DNA from: a virus
Strand: one strand, 5' to 3'
Virus record (IMG/VR): IMGVR_UViG_3300045988_040622
DNA length: 59,895 nt
Shown here: positions 18,717 through 26,617 of the stretch, in pieces
How the letters are laid out: the number at the start of each line of letters is the position of its first letter
Position numbering within the stretch: the stretch's first letter is position 1
The notes under the pieces: generated by a model
Databases searched by the model: none
Seen by the model: the letters and a program-made list of their open reading frames with translations, nothing else
What the model was told of the DNA's origin: nothing
Position numbers and translations under genes: made by a program

Positions 18717-20768
18717 TTACACACCCTCCACTTTCAACTGCTTATCCTCTGATACTGTCAGAAGAATTAACTGTGTATCAACAGCCGGTACATATTCATC
18801 ATTGATACTTTCTGCACCATCAAGGAAAATCGGAACATACATATTAAAGAACTTCTGAAAACTGTTGCAAATATCAATCTTCGCTTCAATTTCCCTGCCA
18901 GTGTTAGTCGTGTCACCGAACACCTTGTAAATGCCAGCTTCTTCATCAAGCACCGTAGGAATACAAACTTCCTTATATTCTCCGTTTTTCTGGAAATCGA
19001 ACAACTTCCAACGTACAATACCGAAATGCTGATTGATTTCTTCAACAAGTAACTTATTCTTTCGTTTTGAAACTTCTTTGAGCTGATAAAGAATCCTCTC
19101 GGCATCTGCCTTTGCTTGTCCATACTCGTTCTGTTTATGTTGCATATCTGCAATCTTGTCATCAATTTGAACATTGTTTTCAGCCTGTGCAATAATCTTA
19201 TTTACTTCATCAAGCTGGCTCTGCAGATCTGCTTTCTCGACTTTCAAATCAGTAACAATCTTGTCCGCACCATCAGATTCCAGCTTTTCAATATCGGCGA
19301 GAACCTTGTCACGCTCTGCTTTCAGTTTCACATAATCTTCATTCTGCGTGTAATCAGCTTCGCTCGGGATCTCGGATAACTGCTTCGAAAGTTCTTCTTT
19401 CTTTGCAATGGCATCCTGTTCCTGTTTCTTTAAAGCGTCAATTTCTGTATTCAGATCAGCATTCATCTTTGCAAGTTCGGTAATAAGTTCTTTCTTCTCG
19501 GTGCCAATAGTATTCAACCGATTCAGTTCAACCTTTTTGTCAGTGTCAAACTTAAATCTTTTTGCTTTCAGTTTTTCTTCTGCATCCGCCTTGGCTTTTT
19601 CTTTCCGGCTTTCAAAATCAGCCTTTAACTGCTCGATTTTATCTTCTGGCAACTTCTGACCGCACAGTGAACAAACAGTGCTATTTTCATCAAATACCCA
19701 CTTGGATTCGTCAAACAGGTAAGGCGCTTCATCAAATGCCTTGGCATATTCTGCATTGTACTTTTCTCCAATTTTCTTCCGTTCTGCATCCGCATCTGTG
19801 ATAGCCTTTTCATTACCGACAATCTGATTTTCTTTCAAAGAAATCGTCTGCTCCAGATGTTTTAATTCATCTTCGCAACCGCACAGATCAGCATCAATTT
19901 CGTATCTACGATTGGATAATTCGCGGTTCATCGTCTGTGTAATTCCGGATATATCAAGTTGTAACCGCATTTCCTTATCGCGCAATTCGTCAAGCGAATG
20001 ATCGGCACCGGCAATCTTCTTATCGCATTCAGCGATTCTTCTTGGCAGATCAGCCTTGGCAAGTTCCTGCTCTGCCACATCTACATCAACTTTTGCTTTC
20101 TCCAGACCGATAATCTGATTAGGAATCGCATCTAACTGTTCAACTGCTTTCTTCTTGGAAGCGTTATTCATGGCTTCAATTTCCTCGAATTTATAAGATT
20201 CAAGTAGTTTTGCAACATCGGCAGTTTCTTTATCCATTTGTGCAATCTCTAAATCTGTTTTTTCGCTTGCCATAGTGAATAAATATTTGCGCATTTCATC
20301 CTGTTTTTTCTTTAACGACAAATCCTTAGTGAACACATTCGGGTGCGAACAAATGAGGAATTTATCAAACTCAAACCCTAATTCTTCCAGATATGCCTTA
20401 AAATCACGTTCTGTCTTAGGCACAGAATTAATCTCATATGTATTTGTGATTGTAATTTTCGAAACTCCATTTTTATCCGGCTTTCCGACTTTTCGCTTCT
20501 GCATCTTGGAAAGAGTGATTTCTTTTCCACTTACATCAACATCTGCAGTAACGGTCGGAATGCAATCTTCTACATTGTCCGGTCTAATGTTTGGATTGCT
20601 GACAAGCTCATAGTTCTTATCAGACATCAGCCAGTACCATGCCGCCCCGATTGTGGTCTTTCCTCTCCGGTTCATGCCGGAAACCCTTGTTGTCTTTCCG
20701 AATTCGTATGTCTTATCCTTTACACCTTTGAAATTTTCAATATGTAACGATTTTAAAATCATTCGCAT
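18717..20768 (-). CDS. Rad50/SbcC-like AAA ATPase with coiled coil and CxxC hook
   Basis: N-terminal SLHIENFKG...GMNRRGKTTIG (Walker A), a long coiled coil with central CSLCGQKL, and C-terminal IFLDGAESIND (Walker B/D-loop). Confidence 0.7.
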   Translation of the reverse strand: MRMILKSLHIENFKGVKDKTYEFGKTTRVSGMNRRGKTTIGAAWYWLMSDKNYELVSNPNIRPDNVEDCIPTVTADVDVSGKEITLSKMQKRKVGKPDKNGVSKITITNTYEINSVPKTERDFKAYLEELGFEFDKFLICSHPNVFTKDLSLKKKQDEMRKYLFTMASEKTDLEIAQMDKETADVAKLLESYKFEEIEAMNNASKKKAVEQLDAIPNQIIGLEKAKVDVDVAEQELAKADLPRRIAECDKKIAGADHSLDELRDKEMRLQLDISGITQTMNRELSNRRYEIDADLCGCEDELKHLEQTISLKENQIVGNEKAITDADAERKKIGEKYNAEYAKAFDEAPYLFDESKWVFDENSTVCSLCGQKLPEDKIEQLKADFESRKEKAKADAEEKLKAKRFKFDTDKKVELNRLNTIGTEKKELITELAKMNADLNTEIDALKKQEQDAIAKKEELSKQLSEIPSEADYTQNEDYVKLKAERDKVLADIEKLESDGADKIVTDLKVEKADLQSQLDEVNKIIAQAENNVQIDDKIADMQHKQNEYGQAKADAERILYQLKEVSKRKNKLLVEEINQHFGIVRWKLFDFQKNGEYKEVCIPTVLDEEAGIYKVFGDTTNTGREIEAKIDICNSFQKFFNMYVPIFLDGAESINDEYVPAVDTQLILLTVSEDKQLKVEGV

Positions 20769-20770
20769 TA

Positions 20771-21355
20771 TTACACCCCCACGATTCCTTTTATTGACAA
20801 CTCATATGTAACTTTTTCCACAACACGACCATCTTTACACGTTTTCTTGTATCTCCGGCTCTGTAATCTGCCGTATGTGCTCACCCTATCGCCTAAAGCA
20901 AGTGAGTCCGTATACTCTGCACTCTTTCCCCATGCAATGCAAGTAATCAAATCCTCTTTTCCGTTCTCTCTTAAATTTTTGAGTTTCACATCACAGATTT
21001 TACGACCAAGCGGTGTTTCTCTAAGGTGCTTTTCCTCGATGATTCCATCAAGGCTTACTTCATTCAAAGGGCTATCGTCTTCCGGTTTTGTGATTGAATC
21101 AGCCATAACATACATAAGAATTGCTTTTCCAGATCCGGTTTTTACGTGCCGGGTAATTATCTTTCCCTTGACACATACCGTTCCGCTAATTTCTGTATCG
21201 CTGATTTCTTTGTCAAACAGTACCGGAAGTATATCTGCAACACCACTTCTTCTTTCAACTCCGATAAAAAATTTATAAAAATTCTTACCATTTGATTTAT
21301 GGCTTTCCCTTGGTGCTGATGCAACATCACCGATCAGTGTTATTTTGTTCTCCAT
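20771..21355 (-). CDS. Single-stranded DNA-binding protein (tandem OB-like, putative)
   Basis: Start is trimmed to MENKITLIGDVAS after AAAGGAG. It shows two repeats of an OB-like pattern (..V.GKIITR.., ..YGRLQSRRY). Confidence 0.5.
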   Translation of the reverse strand: MENKITLIGDVASAPRESHKSNGKNFYKFFIGVERRSGVADILPVLFDKEISDTEISGTVCVKGKIITRHVKTGSGKAILMYVMADSITKPEDDSPLNEVSLDGIIEEKHLRETPLGRKICDVKLKNLRENGKEDLITCIAWGKSAEYTDSLALGDRVSTYGRLQSRRYKKTCKDGRVVEKVTYELSIKGIVGV

Positions 21356-21496
21356 TGCTTCTCCTTTCCATTTCTCTTCCGAGAACCTTTTTAAAATTCT
21401 CTTTATCATTCTGTTTCTTTCGTTTCCCTGCCAAAAGTTCAGCAAGCATACGCTTTTCTTCCGTGGAACATCTCGTGCCACTTATATACACAACGC

Positions 21497-21727
21497 CTAC
21501 CATGCATCCTCTCTCATTCTGCGTTTTCTCTTAATTCGCTTGTCAAGTTCGGCTCTCTTCCGGTCTACTTCCGACCAGTAATACATGATTGCCGCAATTA
21601 CTGCCCCGGCTACAAATTTAATAGCCGCCATATTCCCGACCGCGCCCTCACTATCCATATAGCACGCGGCAACTAATGAATACTCCATTGCGACCGCACC
21701 TATGATGAATTGGATTACTTTTTTCAT
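21497..21727 (-). CDS. Small membrane protein
   Basis: 76 aa with two hydrophobic segments and a basic tail. Confidence 0.5.
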   Translation of the reverse strand: MKKVIQFIIGAVAMEYSLVAACYMDSEGAVGNMAAIKFVAGAVIAAIMYYWSEVDRKRAELDKRIKRKRRMREDAW

Positions 21728-21754
21728 TCATGCTCCTTTCTGCCACTTTATAAT

Positions 21755-22030
21755 TTAGTACCAGTCAGAAACAAACGTTCCGAGTAACGGACATACAACA
21801 ACATCTATAAAACGCACGAAACCATCTTCCATGGAATATGTAAAAGCCATTGCAGGTGTGTAAGTCGAATCTCCTGTCTGTATCTGTGCATCTCTTACAG
21901 AAACCCCATATGTTGTTTCCTCGTCAACGAAAATGCTTGAAAAACTTTCCGCAGAGTCTACCTTTGCCAAATAGTTATCACCGCTACGAATTACCCTTGA
22001 ATTAACTTTCTGAAATTCAAAATTGCTCAT
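21755..22030 (-). CDS. Hypothetical protein
   Basis: Start is trimmed to MSNFEFQKVN after a GGAAAGGAG RBS. Confidence 0.5.
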   Translation of the reverse strand: MSNFEFQKVNSRVIRSGDNYLAKVDSAESFSSIFVDEETTYGVSVRDAQIQTGDSTYTPAMAFTYSMEDGFVRFIDVVVCPLLGTFVSDWY

Positions 22031-22031
22031 T

Positions 22032-22193
22032 TTAATTCTCCTTTCCATTATGTGTTTCGTTTTCCTCGCCCTGCTCACTATGTTTCGAAGCAGAACTCTC
22101 TACCATTCCAAGAACATATCCTTTCTGAAAATCTGTCATATTCGGAATAGCATCACGAAGTTTTTCAACAACTCGTTTTTCCTTTTCGCTCAT
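22032..22193 (-). CDS. Small hypothetical protein (below the ORF-track cutoff)
   Basis: 53 aa, MSEKEKRVVEKLRDAIPNMTDFQKGYVLG... It fills the gap between neighbouring genes. Confidence 0.4.
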   Translation of the reverse strand: MSEKEKRVVEKLRDAIPNMTDFQKGYVLGMVESSASKHSEQGEENETHNGKEN

Positions 22194-22207
22194 TCAATCA
22201 CTTCCTT

Positions 22208-23017
22208 TCATGCGCAATATCTGATTTCATACTCTGCTACGATTTTTGAAAAGATTTCACGCAATTTCTTATCATCCTCAATAATGTCCATTTTGTTCAA
22301 TGCGCTGATTTCTGTTTTCGTGCATCCGCTTTCTGCCATGCGCTCACGTCTGTTTCTGATTCTTCTACTTAAGTCGCATCCGGCACGGTGTTCAAGTTCT
22401 GAATACATTTCAGTTCTCAATACATTGAATTGACAATCTGCATTTCTCTGAATCCGGTTAAACTTGGCATTGATTTCATTTCTCCAATTATCAAATACCG
22501 GTTTCACCGCTTCTTTGATATGTTCAGTTGTCTCAATGGCTTTCTGTGCTGTGTCCTGTGCCTTGGCAATCTGTCTGTCTCTCTCCTTGTCAGCAAGTTC
22601 TTTTTGAACCATCTGATTAAGAAGTCCTTGCAATGCTTGCAATTCTGGAGATAACTGATCGTTGACACTTTGATGTACATTGAAATAGGAAGAAACTAAT
22701 TTTCTTTGCACTTCCCATGCCAAATCATCCGTGAATGACTTGACCAACATCAGATAGCCCTGTTCGGTAATGAGTGCTTTGCTCATAAAATCCTTGTCAG
22801 ATATAGGAAACATGCGGCTTGTACGAATTTCGTCCGCGCTTACAATGAAGTAATCTTCTCCCTCAACGAAGCGTGCTTTGTTCGTATTAAAATTTCTTTT
22901 CGCTGTTCCGTCTGGTCTTTCATGTACCATGTCAATGTCCTTAAATGTGACCACTCTTTCCCCTTTGTACTCTTTGATGGAAATATCTGCATTTCCAATG
23001 TGTACCAAATTATCCAT
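22208..23017 (-). CDS. ORF6N/KilA-N-type antirepressor-like DNA-binding protein
   Basis: IKEYKGERVVTFKDIDMVHERPDGTAKRNFNTNKARFVEGEDYF...ITEQGYLMLVKSF matches the ORF6N-domain pattern. Confidence 0.6.
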   Translation of the reverse strand: MDNLVHIGNADISIKEYKGERVVTFKDIDMVHERPDGTAKRNFNTNKARFVEGEDYFIVSADEIRTSRMFPISDKDFMSKALITEQGYLMLVKSFTDDLAWEVQRKLVSSYFNVHQSVNDQLSPELQALQGLLNQMVQKELADKERDRQIAKAQDTAQKAIETTEHIKEAVKPVFDNWRNEINAKFNRIQRNADCQFNVLRTEMYSELEHRAGCDLSRRIRNRRERMAESGCTKTEISALNKMDIIEDDKKLREIFSKIVAEYEIRYCA

Positions 23018-23244
23018 ATTTTCACTCCTTTCTGTGGTATAATTCCCTTATCATCAAATAAGGAGGTGATACAATTTGAAATACTTTTTGTTTTGCGATT
23101 TTTCTACAATATCCTGCGACCGCGAAAAGATGGCAAAGATATTAGCCGAAAATGATATAACGTTCGCAAATATAAATAATTTCTGTTGGGAACTAAATGT
23201 TCCTGAAACGTTTGGCAATCCGCTATGCAACACAACAGCAGAAT

Positions 23245-23523
23245 CTATTCACTGTCTGTTTTATCAGTACACTCACAAGAACTCTCTTCTTCTTGTGGTA
23301 AAAGCAAATGAATATTTTCCAAACGGAGATTAGGATATAATCTCTTTGTTTCTTCATATACGGTTTTGGTTTTCAGCCACTTCCGCATATGGAGAACCTG
23401 TTCCATGACATCCATATCGTGAATATCCACTTTGTTTAAAATCTTCTGCAATTCCTTTTCCATTCCATTAAAATAAGAAACCGGAACAACAATTATGTCA
23501 TTTGCTGATTTAATCTCTTTCAT
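23245..23523 (-). CDS. First gene of the leftward early operon (hypothetical)
   Basis: 92-aa ORF directly downstream of the leftward promoter. I could not recognise an HTH. Confidence 0.5.
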   Translation of the reverse strand: MKEIKSANDIIVVPVSYFNGMEKELQKILNKVDIHDMDVMEQVLHMRKWLKTKTVYEETKRLYPNLRLENIHLLLPQEEESSCECTDKTDSE

Positions 23524-23557
23524 GTTCTCACCTCTTTCCTGTTCATTTGATGTACAT

Positions 23558-23586
23558 ACAATAGCACATTAAATATACATTGTCAA
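23558..23586 (-). promoter_or_regulatory. Leftward early promoter
   Basis: On the minus strand, TTGACA-17nt-TATTGT. The ACATTAAAT half-site (23566-23574) lies in the spacer. Confidence 0.55.
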
Positions 23587-23595
23587 TAGTTTTTG

Positions 23596-23624
23596 TTGAC
23601 TTAATGAACATTTAATGTTAATAT
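23596..23624 (+). promoter_or_regulatory. Rightward promoter of the CI-like repressor gene
   Basis: TTGACT-17nt-TAATAT, then AAGGAGGG and ATG. The ATTTAATGT half-site (23610-23618) is the inverted partner of 23566-23574. Confidence 0.55.
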
Positions 23625-23646
23625 AATTGTGAAAGGAGGGTAAAGG

Positions 23647-24012
23647 ATGAATGAGAGAATAAAGCAAGTTCGGTTATCGACAAAATTAAGTCAAACCGAA
23701 TTTGCAGAAAAAATTTTAGTCTCACGATCTGCTGTATGCAAAATGGAAAGCGGAGAAAATTCTCCATCAGAACAAACTGTTAAATTGATTTGTCAAGAGT
23801 TTAATGTCAATGAAGATTGGCTTCGCACCGGAAACGGAGAAATGTTTGTTGAATTATCAAAAGACGAACAGATTTCAGCAATGCTTGGAGAAATCCAAAG
23901 ATTAGGTGATGAAAACTTTAAGTATCGACTTGTTTCTGCACTGTGCAAATTAAGCGAAAGCGATTGGACAGCCTTAGAAAATTTAGTAGATATGATTTCA
24001 GACAAAAAGTAA
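23647..24012 (+). CDS. XRE-family HTH repressor (CI-like)
   Basis: IKQVRLSTKLSQTEFAEKILVSRSAVCKMESGENSPS is a classic HTH_XRE. It is the only plus-strand gene between 1.4 and 54 kb and is divergent from the early operon. Confidence 0.8.
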   Translation: MNERIKQVRLSTKLSQTEFAEKILVSRSAVCKMESGENSPSEQTVKLICQEFNVNEDWLRTGNGEMFVELSKDEQISAMLGEIQRLGDENFKYRLVSALCKLSESDWTALENLVDMISDKK

Positions 24013-24051
24013 AAAAGAGCCAAGGGCAATGCGCAGACCCTTGGCTCTTTT
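24011..24051. terminator. Bidirectional terminator
   Basis: GAGCCAAGGG / CCCTTGGCTC 10-bp stem, with A6 upstream and T4 downstream. It lies between the convergent repressor gene and the late operon. Confidence 0.75.
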
Positions 24052-24346
24052 CCTATTTTAATAAGTTGCTTATGTATGCATATATGGTTTTTAACCAATG
24101 CAAATTGTCGCATTTTTCAATCAATTCAATGATTTCATTTTTGTAGTATTCTTTTCCCAACCTAAAACCCCCAATCGTGTGCCCTATGTAGCGATACAGA
24201 TATTATAGTCAATCCCCAATTATGGGCGGAGCCATGCCAAACCCCACCCATGCCAGAACTTGAAGTGTCCTTTCGGACAAGTCCATAGTATCACTGTAAT
24301 ATGCATGATTTCAACATTTTTCGGTCGCAAGTTTCGACAGAAAATG

Positions 24347-24472
24347 TCATTGCAGAGAAGCGGAGAGCTGTTTCTCAATCTCTTCTTGCACTTTTGCGCG
24401 CCAACGCATCGGCACTTCATCAATTGTCATTTTCTTATCTACCAAGATTCTGCGCACATAAAACTTAACCAT
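24347..24472 (-). CDS. XkdX-like small tail-fibre-associated protein (below the ORF-track cutoff)
   Basis: 41 aa, MVKFYVRRILVDKKMTIDEVPMRWRAKVQEEIEKQ, after a GTGAGGTG RBS. Position and pattern resemble XkdX. Confidence 0.45.
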   Translation of the reverse strand: MVKFYVRRILVDKKMTIDEVPMRWRAKVQEEIEKQLSASLQ

Positions 24473-24475
24473 GTC

Positions 24476-24856
24476 TTACACCTCACTTTCTGCGGCAATG
24501 CTTGCCAGTTCTTCGATTGCTTCTGCGTTTGCTTCGTGCCCTGCTTTAAGTTCATCAATTGCTTTTTCCATTTCCGTCTTTGTTCTAAGTCTTACCGTTA
24601 CGGTATATGTGCCATCTTCTGCGCTATCCTCGCCCATATTCGGAACATATGTAAACCCATCGGATTTCATATCTGCGTACTTTCCAGACTCTGCAGCATT
24701 ATGAGTGAACGTCACTTCCTTCAGATTAGCCTCAGTAAAGGCATCAGTGATTGTCTTGATAGCATCGAAGTTCTCAGCCTGGATCTTAATAGATGAGAGG
24801 CTAGCTCCATCAGCAATCTCAAATTCAGTTTTGTTAGCTAAAATAATTTTATCCAT
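24476..24856 (-). CDS. Hypothetical tail-fibre-associated protein (XkdW position)
   Basis: Start is trimmed to MDKIILANKTEF after an AAAGGAAG RBS. Confidence 0.5.
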   Translation of the reverse strand: MDKIILANKTEFEIADGASLSSIKIQAENFDAIKTITDAFTEANLKEVTFTHNAAESGKYADMKSDGFTYVPNMGEDSAEDGTYTVTVRLRTKTEMEKAIDELKAGHEANAEAIEELASIAAESEV

Positions 24857-24911
24857 AATATCTTCCTTTCTATGCGTGAAATGGTTTAGGTATATCTTTA
24901 GTTTTCCTAGA

Positions 24912-25874
24912 TTATGCACCTGTAAAGTTATCTTTAAGTTCGATACTTCGCACAATTGTTTCTCCGTCAGCAGTTTCTGGAACAACTTTCATATCATCAT
25001 AAGCTCTTGCCGAAGTAACGTAAATAGGCGTTGGTATATTTACTAACAGTTTAGTTTCATCATCATACCCTCTGCTGAATATATCCAAATATAAAATGTT
25101 GACTTTTCTAACAACTCTAACTTTTGTTATGTTTGATGTTCCAAGACCTATGCTAGAAATGCTGGCTTTATCTGAGTATTTTGTAATTATTTGCACCCTT
25201 TGAAAGCATCCAACTTGTAAATTCCAGACTTGGTTTATTAACATTTCTATGAATAAACTATTTGCTCCTTTGGCGGCTGTATCAGTATCACAAACTATTT
25301 CAGCAGATCTATACCATCCTTCTCCAAGTTTGCCAATTGAAAAGTGGCTGTATATCTTAATACTATCGGCTGGATTTAAAGCTCTCACTTCAGTTTTAGT
25401 AGCAGCATTACTTAACTGTTTAGCCAAAGTTCCATCCACGTTTGGATTAGCCTGTCTAGCGTCTAAGGCGAATCCTGCTTCAGTTGTTGTCTGGTTATTG
25501 GCAATGCTTTCAGGCTGCAGTGCGCTTCCGATCTTTTCTTTTAGTGTATCTGCCAACTTTATGACGTTTTTCGCTTCATCTAATGTGATTGTAGTTCCAT
25601 CCAAGTTAATGCTAAGCGTTCCGCTTTCATCTACGCTCATGCTCTTTCCGTCCGGCTTTACAACTCCGGCATCCTCTGTTGTTGCAATCGCACTAGCACC
25701 GCCCACGATAGATTTCGACCAATATTCCGTATTGCTCGTTGCTGTTCCTGCCGGAACTTCTTTTTTCGCAAAATACAATGTGTTATTATAAGTTACTGCA
25801 TCCAATCTCTTATATGTAGCATCTGCGCTCCAATCGCCCTTTGGTACAATCGCCACTCTTCCTGCTATAGCCAT
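24912..25874 (-). CDS. Tail fibre / receptor-binding protein (putative)
   Basis: The N-terminus VPKGDWSADATYKRLDAVTYNNTLYFAKK...EYW follows a pattern common in fibre proteins of Firmicutes prophages. Confidence 0.55.
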   Translation of the reverse strand: MAIAGRVAIVPKGDWSADATYKRLDAVTYNNTLYFAKKEVPAGTATSNTEYWSKSIVGGASAIATTEDAGVVKPDGKSMSVDESGTLSINLDGTTITLDEAKNVIKLADTLKEKIGSALQPESIANNQTTTEAGFALDARQANPNVDGTLAKQLSNAATKTEVRALNPADSIKIYSHFSIGKLGEGWYRSAEIVCDTDTAAKGANSLFIEMLINQVWNLQVGCFQRVQIITKYSDKASISSIGLGTSNITKVRVVRKVNILYLDIFSRGYDDETKLLVNIPTPIYVTSARAYDDMKVVPETADGETIVRSIELKDNFTGA

Positions 25875-25875
25875 T

Positions 25876-26613
25876 CTAAGCCACCTCCCAATTCAAATTT
25901 CCGTCATTGTCAACGACAAAGTTATAAGCAGAATTGTCCGTGTAAATCAACTCTCCATCCTCATTCACATCAAATTCTGTCATTGTGAGTTTCTTGTTAA
26001 TCTCGTTTTCGATTTCCTGCACTCGGTCTGCGCTGTCCTTGGCATCTGTGGCAGATGTTGCCGCCTTGGTTTCGGACTCTTTTGCGCTTTTGGCAGACGC
26101 TGTAGCTTTGGCAGATTCCACCTTAATATCCGCCAAGAAGTTCGGTTGCAACTTATCCTCAGTTATTGAGCCGCCCTTAATCATCGGCTTGACTTTTCCA
26201 TCAGAAGTGACCTCAAATGCAATCTCGTCACCCTCTAAGAACTCATACTGCGTGATCAGCGCGGATAAGTCCACGTTCTGCGCCGTGCCATCGTCAAGCG
26301 TGATTACCAACTGCTGACTTTCCGGATCATACTTGAAGTTGACTGCCAGCTTCTCCAACTTGGTATCAATGACCGCCTTGGAACCATTCATCTTAACGAC
26401 CGTCAGCGTTCCGTTGGATTCATCCCAAAGGATTTCCTTTACAAGTTCGTTAGCTTTGGTCAAGTCAACTTTCGTGGTGTCGAGTGCGCACACACGATCG
26501 TCGATTGCATCAATGCCGCCCTCTATGTTGTTCAGCCTATTTCGATTAATTGCGGTCTTTTCGCTTGGAAGGTTCTCCCAATATTCGCGGCTATAGATTT
26601 TCTGATATGCCAT
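25876..26613 (-). CDS. Tail fibre / baseplate-associated protein (putative)
   Basis: 245 aa. N-terminal REYWENLPSEKTAINRNRLNNIEGGIDAID, and its position between Tal and the fibre gene. Confidence 0.5.
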   Translation of the reverse strand: MAYQKIYSREYWENLPSEKTAINRNRLNNIEGGIDAIDDRVCALDTTKVDLTKANELVKEILWDESNGTLTVVKMNGSKAVIDTKLEKLAVNFKYDPESQQLVITLDDGTAQNVDLSALITQYEFLEGDEIAFEVTSDGKVKPMIKGGSITEDKLQPNFLADIKVESAKATASAKSAKESETKAATSATDAKDSADRVQEIENEINKKLTMTEFDVNEDGELIYTDNSAYNFVVDNDGNLNWEVA

Positions 26614-26617
26614 CTGC

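Noticed and set aside
23076-23333. 85-aa plus-strand ORF with a strong AAGGAGG RBS and a TTG start, between the antirepressor-like gene and the early operon.
   Set aside because: It overlaps the 3' end of minus-strand ORF 23245-23523 by 89 nt and has no recognisable motifs. I could not decide, so it is left out of the feature list. Ribosome profiling would settle it.
24053-24346. Roughly 290-bp gap after the last late gene, as a place for a missing lysis gene or small RNA. It contains a 35-codon TTG ORF at 24058-24165 and a GTCC-GAAA-GGAC hairpin.
   Set aside because: There is no convincing RBS and start, the ORF is too short for an endolysin, and the hairpins lack a U-tract. It is kept as unexplained non-coding sequence.
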